Shown one piece after another: positions 38,884-48,841 of a stretch of 64,000 nucleotides of DNA; positions within the stretch are counted from its first letter, which is position 1, and each line of letters opens with the position of its first letter. The translations under genes and the position numbers were made by a program. The notes below the pieces were generated by a model. That model saw only the letters and a list, made by a program, of their open reading frames with translations, did no database searches and was not told the origin of the DNA. Source of the stretch: an uncultured Acidimicrobiia bacterium (GTDB lineage: Bacteria; Actinomycetota; Acidimicrobiia; Spongiisociales; ZC4RG35); assembly GCA_964195405.1 (NCBI GenBank), contig CAXMPK010000267.1, forward strand, positions 6,602 through 70,601, given 5' to 3'.

Positions 38884-39476
38884 TTGAACACCAGATCCTC
38901 GAGGGTCTGTCGAGTGACAATTCCGTTGAACCATTCGGTCACGATCCCCGATTCGTCGATCACATATGTGACGGGTAGCCCGAGTCGCGGGTAGGCAGTC
39001 TCGAAAGCGGTGTCTCCGATGCCGAGCTGATATGAAGGCATGAACTCCTCGGCAAACTCAATGGCCCCATCTTCGGTGTCTTCCACTGCCACACCGATGA
39101 CCTTTACGTCGGGGTGCTCTTCGGCGAATGCCGAGATTTCGGGTGTCTCAGTGCGACAAGGGATGCACCACGACGCCCAGAGGTTGAGGACGATCGGCGT
39201 GTCGTCGGCGGCCAGGTGGTCGGAGAGGCTGAATCTGCCTCCTCCAATGAGGGAGACGGTGAAGTCCGGTGCCGGACCACCTAACTCGGCAACGTCAGCG
39301 TTGTTGTCTGCGTTAAGCGCCCACGCGATCGCCAGGCCAATGGCCAGGACAGCGAGGAAGACCCCGGTAAGTCGAAGGGTCGGTCGAGGCAACGGCCCTG
39401 GCTCCGCTTCGGGCAGTGACGCCCCCGGCTGCGTTCCCTCGGGCAGCGTCTCCTCCGGCGGTGTTTCTTCAGGCAA
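38880..39476 (-). CDS. TlpA/ResA-family thiol:disulfide oxidoreductase
   Basis: Pro/Glu-rich N-terminus, a TM anchor and the thioredoxin motif NLWASWCIPC. Confidence 0.85.
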   Translation of the reverse strand: MPEETPPEETLPEGTQPGASLPEAEPGPLPRPTLRLTGVFLAVLAIGLAIAWALNADNNADVAELGGPAPDFTVSLIGGGRFSLSDHLAADDTPIVLNLWASWCIPCRTETPEISAFAEEHPDVKVIGVAVEDTEDGAIEFAEEFMPSYQLGIGDTAFETAYPRLGLPVTYVIDESGIVTEWFNGIVTRQTLEDLVFN

Positions 39477-39483
39477 TCTTTCT

Positions 39484-42144
39484 TCAGACAGTGGCCATCC
39501 CCCTCAGTACGTAGTGGAGGATTCCCCCGTTGCGAAGGTATTCGACCTCGTTCGGGGTGTCCACGCGGGCCACGGTGTCGAACTCGATGACACTGCCGTC
39601 TTCTCCGGTAGCAGTGACTTTGATCGTTTGGAGGGGGGTGAGGTCGTCATCGACTGCGATGTCATATGTCTCGGTCCCGTCGAGACCAAGCGTCTCGGCA
39701 TCCTGACCGTTGACAAAGTTGAGTGGGAGGACTCCCATCATCACCAGATTGGACCGGTGGATTCTCTCGAAGGACGTGGTGATGACAGCCTTTACCCCCA
39801 GAAGGAAGGTGCCTTTCGCCGCCCAATCTCGCGAACTGCCCATGCCGTAGTCGGTGCCACCAAGAACAATGAGTGGCACGTTTTCTTGTTTGTAATGGAT
39901 GGCTGCCTCGTAGATCGACTTGATCTCACCGTCGAGGAGGTCAGTCGTCCAGCCACCTTCGGTTCCGGGAGCTAGCTCGTTGCGGACCCGAATGTTGGCG
40001 AACGTGCCGCGGGTCATGACTCGGTCGTTGCCACGTCGTGACCCATAAGAGTTGAACATTTGGGGCTGGACACCCTCTGACACGAGGTATTTGCCTGCGG
40101 GCGACTCGATGGCAATCGAGCCTGCCGGGCTGATGTGGTCAGTGGTAATCGAGTCTCCAAGCTTGGCCAGCACCCTCGCACCCACCACGGGTTCGATCGG
40201 TGTGATGTCCGAGGTGAGGTCGATGAAGAACGGTGGCTCCTGCACATAAGTGGAACGGTCGTTCCACGTATAGAGATCCGATTCGGTTGTCTCGATCTTC
40301 CGCCACTCGTCCGATCCGGAAAAGACGTCTCCGTACTTGTCGACGAATTGACCCCTGTGGACGCTGTCCTCGACCAGAGCCGCGATTTCGGACTGGGTCG
40401 GCCAGATGTCTTTGAGAAAGACATCGCTGCCGTCGCGATCCTGACCGATCGGTTCGTTGACAGGATCCCAGTCGACTGATCCGGCGATGGCATAGGCCAC
40501 GACCAGCGGTGGCGACGCCAGATAATTGGCTCGTACGTCGGGTGAGATGCGACCTTCGAAGTTTCGGTTGCCGGAGAGGACCGCAGCCGAAACCAAGTCG
40601 TGAGTGTTGATGCCAACCGAGATGGGGTCTGGCAGCGGCCCGGAATTCCCGATGCAAGTGGTGCATCCGTATCCGACGACGCCGAACCCCAATTCTTCCA
40701 GATCTCCGAGAAGGCCCGACTCTGTGAGGTATTCGGTGACCACTTTGGAACCAGGTGCGAGGGAGCTCTTCACCCACGGTTTGCGCTCGAGCCCAAGCGC
40801 CCGCGCCTTACGGGCAACCAGTCCTGCTCCAACCATCACATCGGGGTTCGAGGTGTTGGTGCACGATGTGATCGCGGCTATCACAACGTCACCGTCGCCC
40901 AAGTTGAAGGATGCCCCGTCGTACTGCACAGCCACGCGAGGTGAGTTGTCGGTGTGGCCAAACGTTTCGACGATGTCGTGAGCCCACTGATCTTTCATGG
41001 CAGACAGATCGATGCGGTCCTGCGGGCGTTTTGGTCCAGCCAAAGACGACGCCACCGTTCCCATGTCGAGCTCCAGAGCGGCGCTGTAGGTGATGTCGCG
41101 AGAGCTGTCTCGCCACATTCCTTGGGTCCGGTAGTAGGTCTCGACTGCATCGACCAGCTTGTCATCTCGTCCGGTGAGACGCATGTAGGAGAGGGTCTGA
41201 TCGTCCACGGGAAAGAAGCCCACTGTCGCTCCGTACTCCGGGGCCATGTTGGCGATCGTCGCCCGGTTCGCCAACGGCATGTCGTCAAGGCCTGGCCCGT
41301 GGAATTCGACGAACTTGCCCACAACCCCATAGGCCCGCAACATCTCGGTGACCCTCAGGACGAGGTCCGTTGCTGTTGCGCCTTCGGGGAGTTTGCCGGT
41401 GAGTTCGAAACCGACCACCTCGGGGAGGAGCATGTAGATCGGCTGCCCGACGATGGCGGCCTCGGCCTCGATCCCGCCTACACCCCATCCGACCACGCCG
41501 AGACCGTTGATCATGGTCGTATGTGAGTCGGTCCCCACCAGGCTGTCCGGGTAGAGGAACTCACCGTCATCCCAGACCACCTTGGCGAGATACTCCAAGT
41601 TCACTTGGTGCACGATGCCGGTCGCCGGCGGTACTACCCGGAAGTTGGCGAAAGTCGACTGACCCCATTTGAGAAACTCGTATCTCTCCTGGTTGCGTTC
41701 GAATTCCTTCGTCGAATTGATCATCAGCGCATCGGGTCGGGCGTAGGAGTCGACCTGAACCGAGTGATCGATGACAAGGTCGACAGGGATCAGAGGGTTC
41801 ACTTTCTGGGCCGCACCCTCGTCGCCAGTCATTCGCACGATCGCTGAGCGCATCGCCGCCAGGTCGACTACAGCTGGAACACCGGTGAAGTCCTGCATGA
41901 CGACACGACCAGGGATAAAAGGGATCTCGTGGGCATCGACGTTGCGGGCGTCGTAGGAGGCGAGGCGGGCGACGTCTTCACTCGTGACTTTCTTGCCGTC
42001 GAGATTGCGTAAGGCCGATTCCAGCAGGACCTTGATCGAATACGGAAGATTATGGACACCGTCGATGGCGTCGAGATGGGCAATCTCGCGTGATCCCAGC
42101 GCTGTTTCGATTGTGCTGCGAGCGCCGAATGGGTCGTTGGACAT
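39484..42144 (-). CDS. acnA: aconitate hydratase A
   Basis: 886 aa. Motifs ..[15 protein letters not shown].., ..[10 protein letters not shown].., ..[13 protein letters not shown].. and ..SGNRNFEGR... Confidence 0.95.
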   Translation of the reverse strand: MSNDPFGARSTIETALGSREIAHLDAIDGVHNLPYSIKVLLESALRNLDGKKVTSEDVARLASYDARNVDAHEIPFIPGRVVMQDFTGVPAVVDLAAMRSAIVRMTGDEGAAQKVNPLIPVDLVIDHSVQVDSYARPDALMINSTKEFERNQERYEFLKWGQSTFANFRVVPPATGIVHQVNLEYLAKVVWDDGEFLYPDSLVGTDSHTTMINGLGVVGWGVGGIEAEAAIVGQPIYMLLPEVVGFELTGKLPEGATATDLVLRVTEMLRAYGVVGKFVEFHGPGLDDMPLANRATIANMAPEYGATVGFFPVDDQTLSYMRLTGRDDKLVDAVETYYRTQGMWRDSSRDITYSAALELDMGTVASSLAGPKRPQDRIDLSAMKDQWAHDIVETFGHTDNSPRVAVQYDGASFNLGDGDVVIAAITSCTNTSNPDVMVGAGLVARKARALGLERKPWVKSSLAPGSKVVTEYLTESGLLGDLEELGFGVVGYGCTTCIGNSGPLPDPISVGINTHDLVSAAVLSGNRNFEGRISPDVRANYLASPPLVVAYAIAGSVDWDPVNEPIGQDRDGSDVFLKDIWPTQSEIAALVEDSVHRGQFVDKYGDVFSGSDEWRKIETTESDLYTWNDRSTYVQEPPFFIDLTSDITPIEPVVGARVLAKLGDSITTDHISPAGSIAIESPAGKYLVSEGVQPQMFNSYGSRRGNDRVMTRGTFANIRVRNELAPGTEGGWTTDLLDGEIKSIYEAAIHYKQENVPLIVLGGTDYGMGSSRDWAAKGTFLLGVKAVITTSFERIHRSNLVMMGVLPLNFVNGQDAETLGLDGTETYDIAVDDDLTPLQTIKVTATGEDGSVIEFDTVARVDTPNEVEYLRNGGILHYVLRGMATV

Positions 42145-42224
42145 GTCAGCCTCTCGGTTATGAGAATTTGGGTTTTCGTGTCGGGAGTGTGAGGTCCCCT
42201 CGGGTGTGACTGAGACTAACGACG

Positions 42225-42270
42225 GCTCGAATCTGCGCCTTCCCGGTTCGGCTCGGAAGAAGCGCAGTCT
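42225..42270 (-). terminator. hairpin between the PEP-mutase-family gene and acnA
   Basis: CTGCGCCTTCC...GGAAGAAGCGCAG is an imperfect inverted repeat lying just downstream (minus strand) of the stop at 42291. No U-tract. Confidence 0.3.
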
Positions 42271-42290
42271 TCGATTCTGGGGAGGCCGAG

Positions 42291-43124
42291 TCAGCCAGCC
42301 GAGCCTTCTGCCAACAGTCGGTCGATCTGGCCGCCGTCGGCGGCATTGGCGAACAAATCGAAATCTCCGTTTTCAGTGATGGAGTGCATCACGTCGAGGG
42401 TGACGGCGTGGGTCATCCGAGCGATCATCGAACCCACCGAAATTCGACGTACCCCGAGTGCACTGAAATGAGTCACAGACAGGGTAGAAAGGGCGCCGGC
42501 GGCGAGGGCGTTTACCGGGCCGGAAACCGAAGCAATGACCCTGCACAGATTCTCCACGTCCGGCACCACGGGTACGTAGAGAAGGTTGGCCCCTGCTGCC
42601 TCGAAGGCCTTGACCCGGGCGACGGCCTCGTCCATGTCGTATTCGCCGTTCATCACGCCGTCGGCGCGGGCGCACAGGACGAACGGTTCATCAAGTGAGT
42701 TGCTGGCTTCGGCCGCTGCACGGATCCTCGCTACCGCCGTGTCGAAGTCGTAGGCCGGGTGGCCTTCGACCATACGTGTGTCCTCGATGGAGCACCCGGA
42801 AAGGCCGGCCTCCCGGGCCAATCGAATCGTTTCGGCCACTTCATCGGGGTCGTCTGCGAAACCATTCTCGAGATCCCCGGATACCGGCAGCGGCGTGGCT
42901 GCAACGATCGCCGTGGCGTGATCCAGCGTCTCGTCCCGTGTCACATTTCCCATGTCGGGCCTTCCCAGTGTGAAAGCGAAGCCGGCGCTAGTGGTGGCCA
43001 GGGCTTGGGCTCCGGCTGCCGCCATCAGGCGAGCCGACCCGACGTCCCATGGGTTCGGTATCACAAAACATCCGGATTGATGCATGTCCCAGAAGGCCTG
43101 GTGACGTTCTGCCAGGGATGTCAC
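42291..43124 (-). CDS. isocitrate lyase/PEP mutase family protein (2-methylisocitrate lyase / oxaloacetate decarboxylase-like)
   Basis: Motifs ..[13 protein letters not shown]...[15 protein letters not shown].. and ..D.E.GF.. ..G..IED... Confidence 0.8.
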   Translation of the reverse strand: MTSLAERHQAFWDMHQSGCFVIPNPWDVGSARLMAAAGAQALATTSAGFAFTLGRPDMGNVTRDETLDHATAIVAATPLPVSGDLENGFADDPDEVAETIRLAREAGLSGCSIEDTRMVEGHPAYDFDTAVARIRAAAEASNSLDEPFVLCARADGVMNGEYDMDEAVARVKAFEAAGANLLYVPVVPDVENLCRVIASVSGPVNALAAGALSTLSVTHFSALGVRRISVGSMIARMTHAVTLDVMHSITENGDFDLFANAADGGQIDRLLAEGSAG

Positions 43125-43825
43125 CGCGTGATTTCCACCGGGATCTTGGTTACACAGTTTTCGTCAAGGCGGGTGTGCGGAATGATCACTGGATTGCATT
43201 CGAACGAGAGTGCTCCAAACATGCCGGCGACGATCCCCCGATCGAGTGAGCAAATCACCTCGGGGTGGTTGGTCGCAGTCTCCCCGAATGGGCAGTGTGA
43301 GGTCAGTAGCTGTTGTCCTGCCACGTCGGGGTCTACCGAAAACCCGAGACCTGTCATCGCAGTCGCGACAGCCTGAACCGCATCGTCGTAACCCGGTTCC
43401 TCGGGAGCCCCGATCTCGGCGGCCAGTTGTTTGCCGTAGGAGCGTCCGACGTTCTCTGCCACATCTGAAACGTTCTCGGGAGCCACCTCTTCGAGCACTT
43501 GGAAGAGCAGCTCGGTCAGCATTTCGAAACGGCGGGGCGCGAAGTGGACCGTGACTTCCTTGTTGGTCGGCTCATATGTTTTGGCGGGACGGCCCGCCCC
43601 ATGAGTCTTAGCTGGGCGTTGGCTGACGCTCAGGTAACCGTCGTCAGCAAGCCGGTCCAAATGATGTCGCGCCACGTTGGTGTGAATATCAAAGAGTCGG
43701 GCCACACCCGAGGTGGTCAAAGGCTCTCCAGACTCACGGACTGCGATGTAGATGGCTCGTCTGGTCGGGTCGCCCAGAGATCCGGTCAGATCCGATATTC
43801 GGCTATCGAGTGTCTTGATGTCCAT
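43121..43825 (-). CDS. ArsR-type HTH regulator with Cys-rich C-terminal domain (SufR-like)
   Basis: Winged HTH (..LGDPTRRAIY..L.TSGVARLFDIH.NVARHHLDRLADDGYL..GRPAKTY). The C-terminus carries SHCPF..VICSLD..C..ENCVTKIP, which parallels the SufR HCP..LC..E..C.T.IP cluster-ligand pattern. Start at the internal ATG 43825. Confidence 0.6.
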   Translation of the reverse strand: MDIKTLDSRISDLTGSLGDPTRRAIYIAVRESGEPLTTSGVARLFDIHTNVARHHLDRLADDGYLSVSQRPAKTHGAGRPAKTYEPTNKEVTVHFAPRRFEMLTELLFQVLEEVAPENVSDVAENVGRSYGKQLAAEIGAPEEPGYDDAVQAVATAMTGLGFSVDPDVAGQQLLTSHCPFGETATNHPEVICSLDRGIVAGMFGALSFECNPVIIPHTRLDENCVTKIPVEITR

Positions 43826-43844
43826 GATTGGTATCGCCTGGTGA

Positions 43845-43856
43845 AAACTATAGTTT
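43845..43856. promoter_or_regulatory. perfect 12-bp palindrome AAACTATAGTTT in a divergent promoter region
   Basis: Self-complementary and AT-rich. It lies 20 nt upstream of the regulator ATG and 38 nt upstream of the mrp ATG. It reads as a TATAGT -10-like hexamer on both strands. Confidence 0.4.
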
Positions 43857-43893
43857 CCCAAGACTTCTAACACCTTTGTCTTCAGAGGATCAC

Positions 43894-44976
43894 ATGGCTT
43901 CCAATGACCAAATGCACGATGCGGTCGCGTCTATCGAGTCACCCCTGCTCTTAGGAAGGACACTCGGGGAACTCGGCCTCGTCAAGAGCGTCGCAAAGAC
44001 AATCACAGGAAAAGTGAAGGTTGAGTTGTTGGCTCCAGTTCCCAATCCGCCAGAGGCTCTAAACGATCGGTTGCAAGCCGCTCTGAAGCCCTTTGCACGT
44101 GAGGCCGAGATTGCAGTCGACGTCATGGACGACGCGGCCCAGATTGCCTGGATGAATGAGCGCAAAGATGCCGCCGGCCCACCGATGGGTGAGCCAGGCT
44201 CGGCGACCAGGGTCATCGCTGTTTCTTCGGGGAAGGGAGGAGTTGGCAAGTCCTCGGTGTCGACCAATCTCGCAGTGGCGCTGAACCGCTCCGGCAAGAA
44301 AGTCGGCATCGTCGACGGTGACATTTGGGGTTTCTCGATCCCCGCGATGCTCGGGATTGAAGACCCACCTCAGATGGTCGCCGAGTCGATCATCCCCCCG
44401 GCTGCCCATGGGGTGAAGGTGATGTCAATGGACTACTTCGTCAGTGACGACAAAGCGGTCATCTGGCGGGGTCCAATGTTGCACAAAGCCATTGAGCAAT
44501 TCCTCAAGGATGTGTTTTGGGACAACCTCGACTTCCTGATTGTCGACATGCCCCCAGGTACCGGGGACATCGCCATATCGATGGCACAGTTTCTACCTCG
44601 CGCTCAGGTGCTGCTGGTGACCACCCCTCAGCCGACAGCCCAAAGAGTTGCCCGCCGCGCCGCCTTGATGGCGGCCGAGGTGGATCAGACGGTGATTGGC
44701 GTGGTTGAGAACATGTCATGGTTCACAGCCGATGACGGACAACGTTACGAGTTGTTCGGGTCGGGTGGGGGTGAGGCCCTCGCCGCTGAACTCGGTGTCG
44801 ACTTGATGGCTCGAGTGCCACTTCTGCCGGCCATGGGCCGGGGGGCAGACGGCGGTCAGCCGGTGATACTCGCGGCTCCCGGATCAGATGCCACTGAGGC
44901 ATTTGACACTCTGGCTCTGGCCGTCATCGAGAAGCGGCCGCGCGTGCGCACCAATCCGGCTCTAGTCATCAAATAG
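43894..44976 (+). CDS. mrp: Mrp/ApbC/NBP35-family Fe-S cluster carrier ATPase
   Basis: N-terminal DUF59-like segment, the deviant Walker A VSSGKGGVGKSS, and ..DMPPGTGD... Confidence 0.85.
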   Translation: MASNDQMHDAVASIESPLLLGRTLGELGLVKSVAKTITGKVKVELLAPVPNPPEALNDRLQAALKPFAREAEIAVDVMDDAAQIAWMNERKDAAGPPMGEPGSATRVIAVSSGKGGVGKSSVSTNLAVALNRSGKKVGIVDGDIWGFSIPAMLGIEDPPQMVAESIIPPAAHGVKVMSMDYFVSDDKAVIWRGPMLHKAIEQFLKDVFWDNLDFLIVDMPPGTGDIAISMAQFLPRAQVLLVTTPQPTAQRVARRAALMAAEVDQTVIGVVENMSWFTADDGQRYELFGSGGGEALAAELGVDLMARVPLLPAMGRGADGGQPVILAAPGSDATEAFDTLALAVIEKRPRVRTNPALVIK

Positions 44977-45860
44977 TGGTCAGGGCTACTGCGCGGGGCA
45001 CCTCGGGGTGGGTCTTCGGGCTCGCCGCCACCATTCTCTTCATCTCGCTCTGGGGACGGGCGATCGTCGTGGACACCGATGCCCTGGCCGAGGCGGCCGC
45101 ACCATTGTCAGGTTCGGTGGCTGTTATCGACCTCTTCTCAGATTGGCTTGGTGAGGAGCTGGTGGAAAATGGGGTCAATCCGTCTCTCGCCGCTCCTGCC
45201 GTCGAATATGTGTTGGAGACCTCCGAAGTTGGTCTAGTGATCGACCACTTCGTTCGCGATGTTGTCGAGGCAGCTGCATTACCAGGACCACAGGCCGCGG
45301 CAGTCGATATCGCCGCACTGCTCTCTCCTGTGGTTCCTGAGATTGCAGACACGCTGGCTTCCGCTGGTGTTCCGGTAGACGAGGCAGAGGTGGCTTCGGT
45401 TGTCGGTGGGCTCGAGCCCCTGGTAGTCCGCGAGGCGGAAGCGAGTCCCTATGTGGGTGTTAGCTCGCCGATCGCGGCGCGCCTTGGCACCGCCGCCGGT
45501 TTGGCCATGTTGGTCATGGCCTTGGCCGGCTGGGTGGCGATAACTGCTTCAGATGACCGGCTGGCCGAGACTCGCCGTCTGCTCGTCCGGGTTGCGCTGG
45601 GTGGTCTCAGTTTCGGGATCCTCCTCAGGGTTGGATCGTGGGTTCTTGACCCTGGTGGAGGTAGAGCTCCGATTCCGGAGTCAATGTCCGTGCTCGTCGG
45701 CTCGAAATGGATGGTTCCGATATCGATTGCAATGGCGGCAGCAGCCATGGCGGGGATGATCTGGGGTGGGCGCCGTCTGCTCAGACCGCGGGGAGACTTC
45801 CCGACACCAGTCGGACAATCCACACCAGAATCAGAGCCACACCTGTCGTTGCGAGGATGA
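44976..45860 (+). CDS. hypothetical membrane protein
   Basis: Ala-rich ORF with 3-4 TM segments. Its GTG start overlaps the mrp stop. The 3' end may be over-extended, since it overlaps the convergent gene by 80 bp. Confidence 0.5.
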   Translation: MVRATARGTSGWVFGLAATILFISLWGRAIVVDTDALAEAAAPLSGSVAVIDLFSDWLGEELVENGVNPSLAAPAVEYVLETSEVGLVIDHFVRDVVEAAALPGPQAAAVDIAALLSPVVPEIADTLASAGVPVDEAEVASVVGGLEPLVVREAEASPYVGVSSPIAARLGTAAGLAMLVMALAGWVAITASDDRLAETRRLLVRVALGGLSFGILLRVGSWVLDPGGGRAPIPESMSVLVGSKWMVPISIAMAAAAMAGMIWGGRRLLRPRGDFPTPVGQSTPESEPHLSLRG

Positions 45861-46167
45861 GTGTCAGCGTCAGCTGACTCATCGGCTTCACGCGACCTTT
45901 CCGACGCAGCAGGTACCAGACCCAAGCTCCAATCGCTTGGATCGAGATCAGAATCACCAATGGGTGAAAGACCATCGCCGCTCCGATATCCCCTCGGATG
46001 AGACTTGATGCCGCTCGGGTCATACCACAGCCTGGACAGGCCGACCCGGTACAGAGTGCGAACGGGCAGAACGTCGGTCCATCGTCGGATGGGGTAAAGA
46101 CCGCGAGCAGGGCTACCGCCAGGAATGGCGCGGTGAGAAACAGACGATCACGCAAGGTGTCGGTCAC
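45781..46167 (-). CDS. DUF2752 domain membrane protein
   Basis: The motif ..CPFALCTGSACPGCGMTRA.. is diagnostic. The GTG start at 46167 avoids overlap with the upstream oxidoreductase. Confidence 0.75.
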   Translation of the reverse strand: MTDTLRDRLFLTAPFLAVALLAVFTPSDDGPTFCPFALCTGSACPGCGMTRAASSLIRGDIGAAMVFHPLVILISIQAIGAWVWYLLRRKGRVKPMSQLTLTLILATTGVALILVWIVRLVSGSLPAV

Positions 46168-46201
46168 GATGACAAGCTTACGCGATGCGAAACTTGATGT
46201 T

Positions 46202-47476
46202 TCATATTCCGAGCTTGTCGAGGGTGCGGTAGAGGACTGAGGCGGGTGTGAGAAACCAGGCGTTGCGTCCCCAGTAGTAGAAGCGGCTTTTGTGGGGCAC
46301 CTGGGCAAAAACCGAGGGTGGGTCCTGCCCAAGCAACATTCCGGCCAGTTCATATCCCAGTTGTACGGAAAGGCCGACACCATGGCCGGCATAACCCATG
46401 GCATACCACGCGCCATCGATCCGGCCGATATGAGGCAGGAGGTCGAAGGGGATGCCCAGCCTTCCGCCCCAGACGTGGGTGATCGCAACATCCTCCAGCT
46501 CGGGCCAGTAGTTGATCAGACTGGTGCGCAGATCGTCAGCCGACTCCTCGAGGTCGAGGTCTGGCCTGAGGTTGCGTCGTCCACCGATGAGGATTCGGTC
46601 ATCGTGGGAGCGTCTCATGTAGTTGAGTAGACGTTTTCTCGTGTAGGTCATCGCACCACCTGGGAAAATTTGTGCTGCACGTTTTGGGCCAAGTGGCTCA
46701 GTAGCGATTATGTAAGAGCCGACCGGCACGATCATCCGGCCCATCTCCTTGCTCGGCTGCCTGGTGGTGTAACCATTGGTAGCCAGAATGACGTCGCCTG
46801 CGTTCACCCGGCCTTTGGTAGTTTCCACGCGCAACCCTGCACCAGTTTTTTCCATGCCGACAGCGGAGCAATGGTCGACAAGCGAAACCCCGGCCCGACT
46901 CACCTCTCCGGCAAGCCCGAAAGCGAATTTTGCTGGATGGACACCAAAACCCTCCGGCTCGAACATGGCAACGTCGAAGTAGTCACCGCCGACAACCTCG
47001 TCAAGGTCGGGTCCATTGATTACCTCCCATTCCACCCCAAAACGCTGCCGATACCAAGCAATATCGCGATCGATGGCTTTGAGTGCCTTAGCCCCCCGCC
47101 CGAGTGCGGCCATTCCGCCATCGTGGGTGAGAGCGTCGATGCTGGGTCGGGAAGTGAGTTCCCTGACGATCTCAACCGAACGGACCGTTGCGGCCCACAT
47201 TTCGTCGGCAATCCGAGGCCCGTACACGTCATGGACTTTGTCGACACCCGCCTTGACGCCAGGCGAAACCATGCCGCCATTTATCGAAGACGCGCCGCCT
47301 GCGATCTCGCCGGCATCGATGATTGTGACATCCTGGCCAGCATCGACCAGGCGCAACGCCGCGGATAGCCCGGTGAAACCAGAGCCAACAACCAGGAAGT
47401 CGGTCTCAGAAGGCAGATCGGAGGTCAGCCCTCGAGGTCTTGGATAATCGTCGACCCAGAAAGGGACGGTCTTCAC
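46202..47476 (-). CDS. FAD-dependent oxidoreductase (DAO family, gamma-glutamylputrescine-oxidase-like)
   Basis: The dinucleotide motif DFLVVGSGFTGLSAAL sits near the N-terminus. 424 aa. GTG start at 47476. Confidence 0.8.
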   Translation of the reverse strand: MKTVPFWVDDYPRPRGLTSDLPSETDFLVVGSGFTGLSAALRLVDAGQDVTIIDAGEIAGGASSINGGMVSPGVKAGVDKVHDVYGPRIADEMWAATVRSVEIVRELTSRPSIDALTHDGGMAALGRGAKALKAIDRDIAWYRQRFGVEWEVINGPDLDEVVGGDYFDVAMFEPEGFGVHPAKFAFGLAGEVSRAGVSLVDHCSAVGMEKTGAGLRVETTKGRVNAGDVILATNGYTTRQPSKEMGRMIVPVGSYIIATEPLGPKRAAQIFPGGAMTYTRKRLLNYMRRSHDDRILIGGRRNLRPDLDLEESADDLRTSLINYWPELEDVAITHVWGGRLGIPFDLLPHIGRIDGAWYAMGYAGHGVGLSVQLGYELAGMLLGQDPPSVFAQVPHKSRFYYWGRNAWFLTPASVLYRTLDKLGI

Positions 47477-47526
47477 AGGGTGAAGGGGAACGTCTTCACG
47501 GGGTGAAGGGGAGCGTCTTCACAGTG
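47469..47526. repeat. 23-bp tandem direct repeat (2.5 copies) spanning the aminotransferase stop and the oxidoreductase start
   Basis: GTCTTCACAGGGTGAAGGGGAAC (47469-47491), GTCTTCACGGGGTGAAGGGGAGC (47492-47514) and GTCTTCACAGTG (47515-47526). Each unit contains the hairpin CTTCAC-N3-GTGAAG. Confidence 0.9.
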
Positions 47527-48757
47527 TGCGGAGCCCCGTCTCGAACAGTGAGCCCATCTTTTGGGCCTCCTCAGAGGTCATGGTCAGCGGAGGGGAAACC
47601 TGGAGGGCCCCTCCACCCATGGCCCTGGTGAGAACACCAGCTTCGCGACAGGCAATGGCGGCTCGGGATGGGAGGGTTTCGTCATCGCCGACAACGAGTT
47701 GCACCGCAGCGAGAGCGCCGACTCCACGTCGGATGTTGTCTACCACATCGAGCTCTTGGAGAGGGAGCAGGGCGTCGTAGAGCTCATTCTCGAGCTCTTT
47801 GGCACGCTGGATCAGCCCCTCCCTTTCGATGATGTCCATCACCACCAGGCCGGCCGCACATGCCGTCGAGTGCCCGGAGTAGGTGTAGCCATGACGAAAG
47901 ATCAGGCCCGGCTGATTGAAGAAGGGTTCAGCAATGTGTGAGGCCGCGATTACGCCTCCCAGAGGGGCGTACCCACACGTCACACCTTTGGCGAAAGTGA
48001 TGATATCGGGCTCGAGGTTGTAGAGGTTGGCGGCAAACCAGTCACCCACGCGGCCAAAACCGGTAATGACCTCGTCGGAGATGTAGAGCCCACCGGCATC
48101 TCGGATGGTCTGGCGGATGGCGGACAGGTAAACCTGGCTCACCGGTCTGATTCCACCGGCGCCGATCACAGCTTCTACAAAAATGCCTGCCACCCGGTCC
48201 GCGCCAGCGTGATCGATTGCCTTCTCCACGGCCTCGGCATCGTCGTATGGCACTTTGACAACATCAGACACGAGGTCTCCGCCGTATCCTTGGCTATTCG
48301 GCTCCATGCCACCCAGCGCGGTCCCGTAGCTGTGCATCCCGTGATAGCCCCACTCCCTTGCGATGAAGACCGTTCGTTCTGGCTGGCCGATAGCGTTGAA
48401 ATAGCGGCGGGCCATCTTGGCGGCGGTGTCCACTGCGTCTGATCCCCCCGAGCCAAAGAACACCTTCGACTGCGGATCGGGGGATACCGATGCGATCTGG
48501 GTGGCGAGTTCCATTGGTGGCCGGGTGCCGTAGTCGATGAATGCGTGGAACGCCGGGAGTTTGCGCATCTGTTCAACCATGGCGTCGATGACCTCGTCCC
48601 GCCCATATCCGATGTTCATGTACCAGAGCGAGGCGGCAGCATCGAGATAACGCCTGTCATGTTCGTCGTAGACGTAGATGCCTTCTCCACGGTCGACTAT
48701 GAACGGATCGACTTTGACTTTGCTCATTTCAGCGAATGGATGCCAGAAAGAACTCAT
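47519..48757 (-). CDS. class III (omega) aminotransferase
   Basis: Motifs ..FWHPFA.M.., ..DA.ASLWYMNIGYGR.E.., ..DEV.TGFGR.G and ..FAKG.T.GY.P.G... Confidence 0.85.
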   Translation of the reverse strand: MSSFWHPFAEMSKVKVDPFIVDRGEGIYVYDEHDRRYLDAAASLWYMNIGYGRDEVIDAMVEQMRKLPAFHAFIDYGTRPPMELATQIASVSPDPQSKVFFGSGGSDAVDTAAKMARRYFNAIGQPERTVFIAREWGYHGMHSYGTALGGMEPNSQGYGGDLVSDVVKVPYDDAEAVEKAIDHAGADRVAGIFVEAVIGAGGIRPVSQVYLSAIRQTIRDAGGLYISDEVITGFGRVGDWFAANLYNLEPDIITFAKGVTCGYAPLGGVIAASHIAEPFFNQPGLIFRHGYTYSGHSTACAAGLVVMDIIEREGLIQRAKELENELYDALLPLQELDVVDNIRRGVGALAAVQLVVGDDETLPSRAAIACREAGVLTRAMGGGALQVSPPLTMTSEEAQKMGSLFETGLRTL

Positions 48758-48841
48758 AGTTGCGAGGCTAGCGGTCGCGGGATCGCCGTCAGTAGGCTCG
48801 CCGAGGTTGTGGGACGGGAGGTTTGTCTATGAGGGCCCTTG

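Noticed and set aside
45781-45860. 80-bp convergent overlap between the hypothetical membrane protein gene and the DUF2752 gene. This could be an antisense regulatory arrangement.
   Set aside because: It is most likely an over-extended, poorly constrained C-terminal tail (..RPRGDFPTPVGQSTPESEPHLSLRG) of the plus-strand ORF. There is nothing further to support a functional overlap.
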